Positions 1 to 12,991 of a stretch of DNA of 64,000 nucleotides are shown piece by piece. This DNA comes from Eledone cirrhosa. Taxonomy: Eukaryota. The notes under the pieces are model-generated. The model did not search any database, had not been told where the DNA came from, and saw only the letters and a program-made list of their open reading frames with translations. The stretch is taken from contig OZ024740.1 of NCBI GenBank assembly GCA_964016885.1, positions 316,014,001 to 316,078,000 on the forward strand. The letters are read 5' to 3'. Made by a program: the position numbers and the translations under genes. Every line of letters starts with the position of its first letter. Position 1 is the first letter of the stretch.

Positions 1-350
1 TGTCTGTGTGTTTATGTATATATATATATGTGCGTGTGTGTGTATGTGCAGATGTGTTCATGTGTGTGTATATATATCCATGTGTGTTTGTGTATATATA
101 TGTGTGTGTATGTGCAGATGTGTTCATGTGTGTGTATATATATCCATGTTTGTTTGTGTATATATATGTGTGTGTATGTGCATATGTGTTCTTGTGTGTA
201 TATATATACATGTGTGTTTGTATATATATATGTTCATGTGTCTGCATGTGTATGAGTGTGTCTATATGTAAGTGTGTGAGAGGAGGGATGTGTGTGTACA
301 CATATATATGGATGAGTGTGTATGTATATAGTGTCCAATATATTATTTTG
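1..350. repeat. TG/TA low-complexity tract with ~3 copies of a ~66-bp unit
   Basis: GTGTGTGTATGTGCAGATGTGTTCATGTGTGTGTATATATATCCATG recurs at ~37, ~103 and (degenerate) ~169. Confidence 0.85.
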
Positions 351-629
351 TATTGATCTTTGAGTGTGTATAGCTCATTTCAAAGACTTATTGATACTAC
401 TGCAAAATTTCTATAATAGTAACAGCGTCGTGCCTGACCTGTGACTTCGTTGTTTATTGGGGTTGTGATGTCACATTGCATCAGGTATGACTAATAGTTA
501 GTCAATATTTAAAATATACTCTACACAGTAACTCTAGACTTAACAATGACAGTGTTACATTATGTCTGAAAAGCTGTACATTCAAAAAGTGTCTAAACAT
601 CCTGGACATGTATGCTGGGCCCTGCAATA

Positions 630-660
630 TACAAGGTGTATCAAAGAATATCATCTGATT

Positions 661-721
<61 letters not shown>

Positions 722-933
722 TCATCATCGTTTAGCATCCATTTTTCCATGCTTGCATGGGTTAGATGGGTCGTCTATGCCAGGGGGCAAGTCTAGCCAG
801 AGTTGGCCATTTCACACCTAGCTCCCCTTGAGGACTGTAAATTTCGCCAGATATTTTACAGTTGGATGCCTTTCTTAACACCAACCACATTTACAGTATG
901 TAAATAGGATAGTTATTTTTAATACACCCTGTA
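630..933. mobile_element. Tc1/mariner-type MITE termini interrupted by (TA)n and an RTE/SINE 3' fragment
   Basis: TACAAGGTGTATCAAAGAATA at 630 vs reverse complement of 901-933 TACAGGGTGTATTAAAAATAA; TA at both ends; inside lie (TA)n 662-719 and a (CAT)n-tailed fragment 720-896. Confidence 0.5.
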
Positions 934-1534
934 TTGGGAATGTGCTTCTTCTTCATCACCATCGTCATGTCTTCTTTCCCAACTGGAATAGTGATATAAT
1001 GAAAATTATTGTGTACAATGTGATCAGGTGCACTATAATTCATCAAAGGTGCATGTATAGTACATAGAATAATTTGCAAATGTCAGGAAAGCGAACAGTA
1101 TATCAATCATAATATACACACAGACACATGTGTCCACGTGTATGCAGAGGGAATATCAGGTGTAGTGTTGGCGAATTTCTGGAAGTATGGAAGTTTTCAA
1201 GTAGGTTGGATGAGTTGTCACGGTTCAAGACCAGATGGGTTAGAGTGGCTAATTTTGCTCATTATGTTCCATATTTGGTATGGTTTCTACAGCTGAAGAG
1301 GAGATGGGTTCCACCAGGTTTTAAAATGCCCCGAAAACGCAGTATGCCACTATGGCACCCCTACAACTCCATCAGGAGTTACAAGTCCATACATACATAC
1401 TACACCAACACCAACTACCCTTTCTCATATCAACTACCTTACAGTGTACTCTGGGTGTGTTTTTTTTGTGACACCAGCACTACCACACTAGGGAGTGGAT
1501 GAACACATTTTATCATGGTACCAACACTAACACG

Positions 1535-1719
1535 TTAACCCTTTATTTACTATTATATATTAATGTAAAGGCTTTACCTCACATAATATCGAAGCTATGA
1601 GATTTTGATATTATATATTTTGAGAACAATATCTTAACATCAGTATGAGCAACCAGTTGAACAGATAGAGGTGAGAGAATTCTGGCTGAATATAACCGGT
1701 TTAAATGCTAAAGGGTTAA
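1535..1719. mobile_element. piggyBac-type MITE
   Basis: TTAA-CCCTTTA ... TAAAGGG-TTAA; internal sequence matches copies at 47335 and 59328. Confidence 0.8.
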
Positions 1720-2065
1720 AGGATATACTGATTGCATTTTATTGTAGCATCAGCACTAGCGTGACTGTCACATACATACTAGGGCAGACTGAAGAATCCT
1801 CTCCAATCCAGTATTGTCTCTGTTTCATTTTCAGTCATTCTACAATAAAATGTAAAATTGCCAAGATGGAAAAACTTGAAGGAAAATTATTAAAATAACA
1901 TTTAAGTGAAATGTAATAAAAGAACTACTCTCTCTCTTTTTTTACTCATACTATACATGTATATGACATATGTTTACTGATATATTTTTATATTTATATA
2001 ATTTTTTCTACTTTTATGTATGTATGTATGTATATATGTATACATATTATATATATATATACACA

Positions 2066-2173
2066 TAGCAAAGAGAGTGTGGTAAGATACCAGGTGGACC
2101 AAACGCACCAGAGTACTCAATACTTAGGGTAGTAGAGTGGGTGATAGGAAAAGAGTCAGGACTCTTTTCCTAT
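2066..2173 (-). mobile_element. Fold-back element family A, collapsed copy
   Basis: Tail matches 10310-10391; palindrome reduced to ATAGGAAAAGAGTC-AG-GACTCTTTTCCTAT (2144-2173); (TA)n flanks. Confidence 0.75.
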
Positions 2174-2845
2174 ATATATATATATATAGAGAGAGAGATA
2201 GAGAGTGTATGTTTGTGTGTTGGTTGTAAATATATGTACATTAGAAAATTGATTATCTGCAATGTTATTTGTCTATTTAAGTTAAAGAATTGAAAATCTT
2301 TGAGTCTTCCACTGCCACAATCAATCATATTTTGAATAAAAGCAAAAATAAAATAAAATAAATAAATAAGTACAAATAAAAACAAACAGCTCAGAAAATC
2401 GATTTATCAGTAAGACCACACCAGATCAATAAGGAAGCATTTATTGCAACAGGTTTGTCAAAACAGCCATTCAAACAAATAGCCTTGGGCTATGCTTACT
2501 ATAGTAGAGAGCAATAGAGTGGTGTGGGAAAAAGAGAGATAGGTGGGAGGGAAAGAGTAGAGCATATATCTTGCCAAGATAGCCAAGTATAATTCACCAA
2601 AAGGCTTTGATGGCAATCTATAATGCTGAGTCATGTAGTTTAGGTGAGGTACCTAGCTGCTGTATATTTTATTCTTACTGTCAAATTTTGATAAAATTCC
2701 CTTGAACATTTTTCCATTTTATACCAAACGAAAACTCCATTTTTTTCAAATTGTTCATATTTAGATTGAACTTTTACCACCATAATTCTATGGAAGAACA
2801 ATGCTAAGTTATGTTCCAAACACCAGCTTAATGATAAATGAAAAG

Positions 2846-3055
2846 CTTCTTCTACTTCTTTTTTTCTTTTTCTTTTTCTTTTTCTTTTTCTTTTTCTTCC
2901 TTGTCTTTCCTTTTTTTTTCTTTTCTTTTTTTCTTCTTTTTCTTCTTTTTCTTTTTCTTCTGCTTTTTTTTCTTTTTCTTTTTTCTTTTTCTTTTTTTTC
3001 TTTTTCTTTTTCTTTTTGTTCTTTTTCTTCCTTTTCTTCTTCTTCTTCTCCCTTT
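2846..3055. repeat. Polypyrimidine (CTTTT/CTT)n tract
   Basis: Direct reading; explains the poly-F and poly-K ORFs. Confidence 0.95.
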
Positions 3056-3192
3056 GATTCTGCTGGACATCACTTAGCTGCGTTGACCACTAGTCTTCTA
3101 TTCATAGCTGAAGCTTTCAAAATATTTATTTATTAAACATACCATATATCTTTAGATATTCGAAATTCACATGCAATGTCGAAGCTAAATTC

Positions 3193-3258
<66 letters not shown>

Positions 3259-3375
3259 TATATATATATACACACACACGACGTGTGTCAGAAAAGTAAC
3301 AAGATTTAGTGTGAACTAAGATTAGGGTAACGATTAGTGGGTTATGTCACCGAGTGAGTATATGGGGACTGGGGA

Positions 3376-3423
<48 letters not shown>

Positions 3424-3816
3424 ATATAAATATATATATATGTGTATATATATATATATGTGTATATATATATATATGTGTGTATATATATATATGTGTA
3501 TATGTATATATATATATGTGTATATAAATATATATATATATGTGTATATATATATATATGTGTATATATATATATATGTGTATATATATATATATGTGTG
3601 TATATATATATATGTGTATATATATATATATGTGTGTATATATATATATATATATGTGTGTATATATATATATATGTGTGTATATATATATATATGTGTG
3701 TATATATATATATGTGTGTATATATATATATATATGTGTGTATATATATATATATATGTGTGTATATATATATATATATGTGTGTATATATATATGTGTG
3801 TATATATATATATATA
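3376..3816. repeat. (TA)n(TG) compound microsatellite
   Basis: Direct reading. Confidence 0.95.
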
Positions 3817-5223
3817 TCATCATCATCATCATCATCAACGTTTAACGTCCGTGTTCCACGCTTGCATGGGTTTGGACGGGGGTAGTCCCACTTGAGGCAA
3901 GAGTGATTGTCTTGCTCGCATAGGACTGTCTGGCAGGTTTTCTACAGTTGGATGCCCTTCCTAACACCAACCACATTTACAGTGTGGGTCTGGGAGGTTT
4001 TTACCGTGTTGCCTACACGGCCACATTACAGCGTGGACTGTGTGTTTTTTTGTCGTGACACCTACACGATCTCATTTGTTTCGGCCTCGATGGCGCGGCA
4101 CCAACATAACTTTACATAGAACGGGGTGGTGTGGATCGGGTGGGGGTGGTGGGACGGGGTGTATTTTGTTAGAGATGCCTACTGGCTGGAGTAGGTTTTA
4201 CTATATATTTAGGTAAGGCGGGTCTTCTCTGTTACTGAGTACCGCCAAAGGTCTCGGTCCAGTGACATTGTCTTGGAGAGGTGTAAGTGTGTGATGTCGG
4301 AGTTTATCAGCTCGTCCCAGGTTTTTCTAGGTCTGCCTATTCCGTGACTACCGTCTATCTTTATTGCCCTGCACTTTGTTATACAGCTATCGACTTTCAT
4401 GCGCATCACGTGTCCATACCAACGTAGCCTTCTCTCGAGTAAACAACATCTGATCCCTCTTATCTCTAATTTATTCCTTAGTTCGTTTATGCTTTGCCGT
4501 TCACGTATATTACTGTTACACATCCAGCGGAGCATGCAAGCTTCGTTCCTCTCTAGTCTGCGTATATCCTCTGCACACAATGCCCAGGTCTCACTGCCAT
4601 GCAGCATTGCTGTTCGTATGCAGGCATCATACAACCTGCCTTTCATTTTTAGTGAGAACCCTTTAGCAGCTAATAGTGGTATAAGCTCTCTGAACTTTTT
4701 CCAACCAGTTCTGACTCTAGCTACAGTACTTTCAGAGCACCCTCCCCCACTGCTGATTTTATCGCCCAGGTAACGGAAGCTGTCCACTATTTCTATAGAA
4801 CCCTCTGCGCAATTGAAAGAGCTAGTAGTTTGTGGGCACTTGCTGCTACTTATTGCACCAGAGCACCGGCCACATGTAAAATCTATGTTCTTAGTTAGCT
4901 TACCTGTGATCCCACTACATCTTTTATGCACCCATACTTTGCATTTAGGACATAAAATGGAGTTTCTACCTACGCCTTTCCTACACACCGAGCACGACCA
5001 TTTCCCAGAAGGGACCGCCGCCTTGTTTTCTTTCCTACAAACTAGTACTTTGGTCTTAGCCAGGTTAATTTTAAGTCCTTTTGACTCTAGGCCGTGCTTC
5101 CATGTTTGGAATTTCTTCTCTAGCTCGGCCATTGATTCCGCTATGAGTGTCAGGTCGTCTGCGTATAGGAGTTCCCATGGGCAGCCTGTCTTGAACTCCT
5201 CTGTTATAGCCTGAAGGGCAATA

Positions 5224-5229
<6 letters not shown>
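3817..5229 (-). mobile_element. RTE-clade LINE subfamily A, 5'-truncated (RT C-terminal half, 3'UTR, (GAT)n tail)
   Basis: ORF 4209-5229 with [21 protein letters not shown] and GRPRKTW motifs; (CAT)n at 3817; (TA)n both sides. Confidence 0.95.
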
Positions 5230-5265
<36 letters not shown>

Positions 5266-5600
5266 GGAGGCACATGGTTTAGTGGTTAGAGCATTGGCCT
5301 TGCAAGCAAAAGGTTGTGAGTTCAATTCTCAGACAGGGTGATGTGTTGTTTCCTTGAGCAAGACACTTTATTTCACATTGCTCCAGTTTACTCAGCTGTA
5401 GAAATGAGATGATAGGGACAGGGGTCCCTATCATTCCACTGCAAAGTGGTCGTGGAGGTGCCACGGCAAAAAAGCACCCAGCACTCACTGTAAATGAGGT
5501 TGGTGTTAGGAAGGGCATCCAGCTGTAGAAATCAAGCCAGAATCAGTTCCCGTCCCACCCTTGCAAGCAGGGAAAAAGCAGAGGTAAAATGAAATGATGA
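5266..5600 (+). mobile_element. tRNA-derived SINE (CORE-like body, RTE-derived tail), family S1
   Basis: A box TGGTTTAGTGG, B box GAGTTCAATTC, CCTTGAGCAAGACACTT body, (TGA)n tail; near-identical copies at 33509, 46016, 54511, 61469. Confidence 0.9.
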
Positions 5601-5622
5601 TATATATATATATGTGTATATA

Positions 5623-5669
<47 letters not shown>

Positions 5670-6403
5670 ATATATATATATATATGTGTGTATATATATA
5701 TATATATGTGTGTATATATATATATATATGTGTGTATATATATATATATGTGTGTATATATATATATATATATGTGTGTATATATATATATATATGTGTG
5801 TATATATATATATGTGTGTATATATATATGTGTGTATATATATATGTGTGTATATATATATGTGTATATATATATATGTGTATATATATATATGTGTATA
5901 TATATATGTGTATATATATATGTGTATATATATATATGTGTATATATATATGTGTATATATATATGTGTGTATATATATATGTGTATATATATATGTGTG
6001 TATATATATATGTGTATATATATATATGTGTGTATATATATGTGTATATATATATATATATGTGTATATATATGTGTGTGTATATATATATATATGTGTA
6101 TATATATATATATGTGTATATATATATATGTGTATATATATATATATGTGTATATATATATATATGTGTATATATATATGTGTATATATATGTGTGTATA
6201 TATATATATGTGTGTGTATATATATATATGTGTGTATATATATATATGTGTGTGTATATATATATATATGTGTGTATATATATATATGTGTATATATATA
6301 TATATATGTGTATATATATATATGTGTATATATATATATATATGTGTATATATATATATATATGTGTATATATATATATATGTGTGTATATATATATATG
6401 TGT

Positions 6404-6437
<34 letters not shown>

Positions 6438-6668
6438 ATACACATATATATATATACATACATATATATACACACATATATATATATATATACACATATA
6501 TATACACATATATATATTTATATATACACATATATATATATACACATATATATATATACACATATATATATATATACACATATATATATATACACATATA
6601 TATATATATACACATATATATATACACATATATATATATACACATATATATATATATACACATATATA
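5601..6668. repeat. Compound TA microsatellite with TG-to-CA polarity switch near 6430
   Basis: Direct reading. Confidence 0.95.
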
Positions 6669-6999
6669 TACAGAGTACCCAACCTCCCATGGGTACATGC
6701 TGAAGCATATAAACAATATGCCCCCACACCCCCCACCGCAAGGTGGTCGTGGAGGTGCCACGGCAAAAAAGCACCCAGCCCACACTGTAAAGTGGACGTG
6801 TAGGCACCACGAAAAAGCACCCAGCACTCACTGTAAATGAGGTTGGTGTTAGGAAGGGCATCCAGCTGTAGAAATCAAGCCAGATCAGTTCCTGTATGAG
6901 CAAGGCATGGTCAGCCGACCAGACACTGCACACAACAGGACAACCCGTGTAACCCATGCTAGCGTGGAAGAACGGACGTAAAACGGTGATGATGATGAT
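6669..6999 (+). mobile_element. RTE subfamily B 3' end/UTR fragment
   Basis: Matches 24040-24425; (GAT)n tail. Confidence 0.88.
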
Positions 7000-7183
7000 A
7001 TACACATATATATATATACACGTATATATATACACACATATATATATACACACACATATATATATAGACATATATACACATACACATATATATATATACA
7101 CATATATACACACATATATATACACATATATACACACATATATATATATATACACATATATACACATATATATACACATATAT

Positions 7184-7383
7184 ATAGGAGAAAGTATGCC
7201 CCCGACGGCAGAGCTCAAGCCTTTTCGACGTCTATTTCTGGACTCAGAAATAGCCGTCGAAACGGTTTGAGCTCTGCCGTCGGGGTCATACTTTCTCCTA
7301 TTACCCACTCTACTACCCTAAGTATTGTGCACTCTGGTGCGTTATGGTCCATCTGGTTCCTTACTACAACTCCTTCGTTACAC
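7184..7383 (+). mobile_element. Fold-back element family A (118-bp palindrome plus ~80-bp tail) with 3' half of a hammerhead
   Basis: Inverted repeat 7184-7301 centred on GACT (7241-7244); GAAAC at 7259, GTC at 7279, GGGG at 7282. Confidence 0.8.
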
Positions 7384-7397
7384 ATATATATATATAT

Positions 7398-9980
7398 ATC
7401 ATCATCATCATCATCATCAACGTTTAACGTCCGTGTTCCACGCTTGCATGGGTTTGGACGGGGGTAGTCCCACTTGAGGCAAGAGTGATTGTCTTGCTCG
7501 CATAGGACTGTCTGGCAGGTTTTCTACAGTTGGATGCCCTTCCTAACACCAACCACATTTACAGTGTGGGTCTGGGAGGTTTTTACCGTGTTGCCTACAC
7601 GGCCACATTACAGCGTGGACTGTGTGTTTTTTTGTCGTGACACCTACACGATCTCATTTGTTTCGGCCTGGATGGCGCGGCACCAACATTACTTTACATA
7701 GGACGGGGTGGTGTGGATGTTTGGGGGTGGTGGCGGGACGGGGTGTATTTTGTTAGAGATGCCTACTGGCAAGGCGGGTCTTCTCTGTTACTGAGTACCG
7801 CCAAAGGTCTCGGTCCAGTGACATTGTCTTGGAGAGGTGTAAGTGTGTGAGGTCGGAGTTTATCAGCTCGTCCCAGGTTTTTCTAGGTCTGCCTATTCCG
7901 TGGCTACCGTCTATCTTTATTGCCCTGCACTTTGTTATACAGCTATCGACTTTCATGCGCATCACGTGTCCATACCAACGTAGCCTTCTCTCGAGTAAAC
8001 AACATCTGATCCCTCTTATCTCTAATTTTTTCCTTAGTTCGTTTATGCTTTGCCGTTCACGTATATTACTGTTACACATCCAGCGGAGCATGCAAGCTTC
8101 GTTCCTCTCTAGTCTGCGTATATCCTCTGCACACAATGCCCAGGTCTCACTGCCATGCAACATTGCTGTTCGTATGCAGGCATCGTACAACCTGCCTTTC
8201 ATTTTTAGGGAGAACCCTTTAGCAGCTAATAGTGGTATAAGCTCTCTGAACTTTTTCCAACCAGTTCTGACTCTAGCTACAGTACTTTCAGAGCACCCTC
8301 CCCCACTGCTGATTTTATCGCCCAGGTAACGGAAGCTGTCCACTATTTCTATAGAACCCTCTGCGCAATTGAAAGAGCTAGTATTTTGTGGGCACTTGCT
8401 GCTACTTATTGCACCAGAACACCGGCCACATGTAAAATCTATGTTCTTAGTTAGCTTACCTGTGATCCCACTACATCTTTTATGCACCCATACTTTGCAT
8501 TTAGGACATAAAATGGAGTTTCTACCTACGCCTTTCCTACACACCGAGCACGACCATTTCCCAGAAGGGACCGCCGCCTTGTTTTCTTTCCTACAAACTA
8601 GAACTTTGGTCTTAGCCAGGTTAATTTTAAGTCCTTTTGACTCTAGGCCGTGCTTCCATGTTTGGAATTTCTTCTCTAGCTCGGCCATTGATTCCGCTAT
8701 GAGTGTCAGGTCGTCTGCGTATAGGAGTTCCCATGGGCAGCCTGTCTTGAACTCCTCTGTTATAGCCTGAAGGGCAATAATAAATAGTAGGGGGCTGAGA
8801 ACAGAGCCCTGATGGACGCCAACTTTTACGCTAAACTCTTCACTATATTCGTTGTTAATTCTAACCTTGCTGACTGTTTCTTTATACATGGCTTGTATAG
8901 CCCTCACAAGCCATTCGTCAACACCTAGTTTTCTAAGAGCCCACCAGATAATGGAGCGGGGGACTCTGTCGAAGGCTTTCTCCAAGTCGACAAAAGCTAA
9001 GTAGAGGGGTTTACCTTTAGCTAGGAACTTCTCCTGTAGTTGTCGTACTATGAAAAGAGCGTCTGTGGTACTTTTGCCTGACACAAACCCGAACTGCATT
9101 TCATCTAGGTCAATTCTCTCTCTGATTAGTTGCGCTATTACTTTTTCCGTGACCTTCATGACCTGGTCGATTAATTTAATGCCTCTATAGTTACTCCTAT
9201 CTAGGGCGTCTCCTTTACCCTTATAACAGTTAACGATGATGCTGCTATGCCAGTCCTTCGGAACAACCCCATTCTGTACGACTTGGTTAACTATGCGGGT
9301 GACCATGGTGTGTCCCACCGTGCCAGATGCCTTCAGCATCTCAGCAACTATTTCCGAAGGCCCAGCCGCCTTACCTGTCTTCATATCCTTGATTGCCTTA
9401 CTTATTATACTCCCCTCGACTAACACTGCTGGTCCCTCTATTGGGTCGACATGGGGGAGACTGTCTTTCTCCCATTTATTCTCCTCATTTAGTAGCCTTT
9501 CATAGTGACACTTCCAAGCTACCTTCTTATCAGTGTCGGTGATGGCAAGTATGCCATCATCGTTAAGTACACACTTCTCCCCGACAATATCACGGTTTTC
9601 CTTGACGCATTGCCTAGCAATCCTGAACACCTCACGTTTTTGGTCATCGCGTTGTAGGACATGCTTGAACTTTCTTTCCTCAGCTTCCCTTCTTGCTAAG
9701 TACACTTCTCTCCTAGCTTCCCTCCTGGCCACTTGATAGTCTACTCTACTTCCCCCATCCCGCCATACTTTCCAAGCCTGCTTTTCGGCCTTAATTGACC
9801 CCTCCACCTTACTGTTCCACCACCATGTTACTCTCCTCCTGCCTACAGGCCTGCTCCAGCCACAGACTTCGTCTGTCGCCAACAGCAGGTTTGCTTTCAG
9901 AAATTCCCACTGTCCCTCTATATTGTCCGACTCTAAATGTTCTTCCTTACTGTCGAAAGCATCAAGTAATATGTTTTGAA
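7398..9980 (-). mobile_element. RTE-clade LINE subfamily A, 5'-truncated, uninterrupted RT ORF (~740 aa; endonuclease missing)
   Basis: ORF 7753-9980 with [37 protein letters not shown]; the track's N-terminal YI run is microsatellite read-through. Confidence 0.97.
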
Positions 9981-10052
9981 TATATATATATATATACACA
10001 CACATATATATATGTATATATATATATATATATACACATATATATATATGTG

Positions 10053-10086
<34 letters not shown>

Positions 10087-10256
10087 TACACATATATATA
10101 TGTGTATATATATATATGTGTATATATATATATGTGTATATATATATGTATATATATATATATACACATATATATATATATATATATATGTGTATATATA
10201 TATGTATATATATATATATACACATATATATATATATATATGTGTATATATATATG

Positions 10257-10289
<33 letters not shown>

Positions 10290-10309
10290 GTGTGTATATA
10301 TATATATAT

Positions 10310-10509
10310 GTGTAACGAAGGAGTTGTGGTAAGGAACCAGATGGACCATAACGCACCAGAGTGCACAATACTTAGGGTAGTAGAGTGGGTAATAGGAGAA
10401 AGTATGCCCCCGACGGCAGAGCTCAAACCGTTTCGACGGCTATTTCTGAGTCCAGAAATAGACGTCGAAACGGCTTGAGCTCTGCCGTCGGGGGCATACT
10501 TTCTCCTAT
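10310..10509 (-). mobile_element. Fold-back element family A, second full copy (inverted relative to 7184)
   Basis: Palindrome 10392-10509 centred on AGTC; tail 10310-10391 is the reverse complement of 7302-7383. Confidence 0.8.
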
Positions 10510-10570
10510 ATATATGTGTATGTGTATATATGTGTATATATATGTGTATGTGTATATATGTGTATATATA

Positions 10571-10603
<33 letters not shown>

Positions 10604-10716
10604 GTGTATATATGTGTATGTGTATATATGTGTATATATATATATATGTGTGTATATATGTGTATATATATATATATATGTGTGTATATATGTGTATATA
10701 TATATATATATGTGTA

Positions 10717-10761
<45 letters not shown>

Positions 10762-10909
10762 ATATATATATGTGTGTGTATATATATATGTGTGTGTATA
10801 TATATATGTGTATATATATATATATGTGTGTGTATATATATATATATGTGTGTGTATATATATGTGTGTATATATATGTGTGTGTATATATATATATATG
10901 TATATATAT

Positions 10910-11877
10910 AAATAAATAAATTATACAATTATCAAAGTTGTGTTCAAATCATTTAATAGCTGACAATCGTTTCTTCCAAACTCTCGTTTGGAGTCATCGA
11001 AGCCTTATCAATGTTTGCACATATAATTACCCTCCTATCCATTGAATATTTAACGGTTGATCAAATATAGTCTATGAATATGAATTCATTAAGACTAATT
11101 TACAATCCATTGCTTTAACTAACTTAAAACACTCAATATAAACATTAACTGAAATTTAATTCAACATATGTCATGGAAAAGTATGCAAAAACTATGTTTC
11201 TCAACACACATTAATTCGAACACCATTAACATTCAACACCCACCATAGACTCTAATACATTAACATATTTGCTTCAACTGCAGTATTTATTCATCTATAT
11301 ATGCATAATAGCTTTGCTTGTCTCCTTACACAGTCACACTATCCACACGCCTGCATATGATTTGTTATCGCACTCTTCCTTTCTCAAAACTACTTCCTCA
11401 ATGCCTCTGTAATATTTGGACTATTCCCTTGTTTTAACTGTTGCATGTATTCCACTCCGTGCTTTTGATTTTAATTTTGATTTGAATTTGAACTTGAATG
11501 TTTGTACAATTATTGTACAATTCTCGTAAAATATATGTCACATCCATTCCACCCTGTAAATACAAAACTGTTGCTCACAACATCAATTTATATGTATCTA
11601 TATTATTGTTCAGTTGAATAGGAGGTTAATTATATGTGCAAACATTGATAATGCTCCGATGAGTCCAAACGAGAGTTTGGAAGAAACGATTGTCAGCTAT
11701 TAAATGATTTGAACACAACTTTGATAATTGTATAATCTATTTATTTAACTGCTCTGTAAAACAACTGATGTTCATACATTGAGCTATTTCTCTTACTGGT
11801 AATAAGGTAATTAAAAAATTACTGACCATCCTGTTTATAGTTGTTTATAATATATACATAACTATAAATAGTATTAT

Positions 11878-11880
<3 letters not shown>
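10910..11880 (+). mobile_element. Fold-back element family E: ~135-bp inverted arms, ~560-bp spacer, ~135-bp tail
   Basis: 10910-11048 is the reverse complement of ~11612-11747; (TA)n flanks; each arm holds a hammerhead-like motif. Confidence 0.75.
11653..11697 (+). ncRNA. Minimal type-I hammerhead ribozyme, core variant (CCGATGA)
   Basis: GCT-CCGATGA-GTCCAAAC-GAGA-GTTTGGAA-GAAAC-GATT-GTC-AGC; stem I GCT/AGC; mirror copy 10959-11003 on minus strand. Confidence 0.7.
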
Positions 11881-11930
<50 letters not shown>

Positions 11931-12751
11931 ATATATATATATGTGTATATATATATATGTGTATATATATATATGTGTATATATATATATGTGTATATAT
12001 ATATATGTGTATATATATATATGTGTGTATATATATGTGTGTGTATATATATATATATGTGTATATATATATGTGTATATATATATATATGTATATATAT
12101 GTGTATGTACATGTGTATATGTATGTGTATATATATATATATATGTGTATATATATGTGTGTATATATATATGTGTATATATATGTATATATATATGTGT
12201 ATATATATGTATATATATATGTATATATATATGTGTATATATATGTATATATATGTGTGTATATATATGTATATATATATGTGTGTATATATATGTATAT
12301 ATATATGTGTGTATATATATGTATATATATATGTGTGTATATATATACATATATATACACACATATATATATACATATATATACACACATATATATACAT
12401 ATATATACACATATATATATACATATATATATACATATATATACACATATATATATACACACATATATATACATATATATATATATATACACATATATAT
12501 ATGTTTGTATATATGTATATATATATGTGTGTATATATGTGTATATATACGTGTATATATATGTGTATTTATATATGTATGTGTATATATATGTGTATAT
12601 ATATATGTGTGTATATATATGTGTATATATATATGTGTGTATATATATGTGTATATATATATATGTGTGTATATATATGTGTATATATATGTATGTGTGT
12701 ATATATATGTGTATATATATGTATATATATATGTATATATATATGTATGTG

Positions 12752-12782
<31 letters not shown>

Positions 12783-12991
12783 GTATGTATATATATATGT
12801 ACGTGTATATATGTATGGGTATATATATATATGTATGTGTATATATATGTATGTATATATATATGTATGTGTATATATGTATGGGTATATATATATATAT
12901 ATATGTGTATATATATGTATGTATATATATATGTATGTGTATATATGTATGGGTATATATATATATATATATGTATGTGTATATATATGTA
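11881..12991. repeat. Compound TA/TG microsatellite
   Basis: Direct reading. Confidence 0.95.

Noticed and set aside
2801-3136. Poly-Phe and poly-Lys ORFs
   Set aside because: Simple pyrimidine tract
4399-5214. Plus-strand ORFs overlapping RTE copies (also 7829-9736, 62691-63513)
   Set aside because: Antisense shadows of the RT frame with no recognisable motifs
5266-5340. tRNA gene (also other SINE heads)
   Set aside because: A/B boxes run into SINE body and tail; no full cloverleaf
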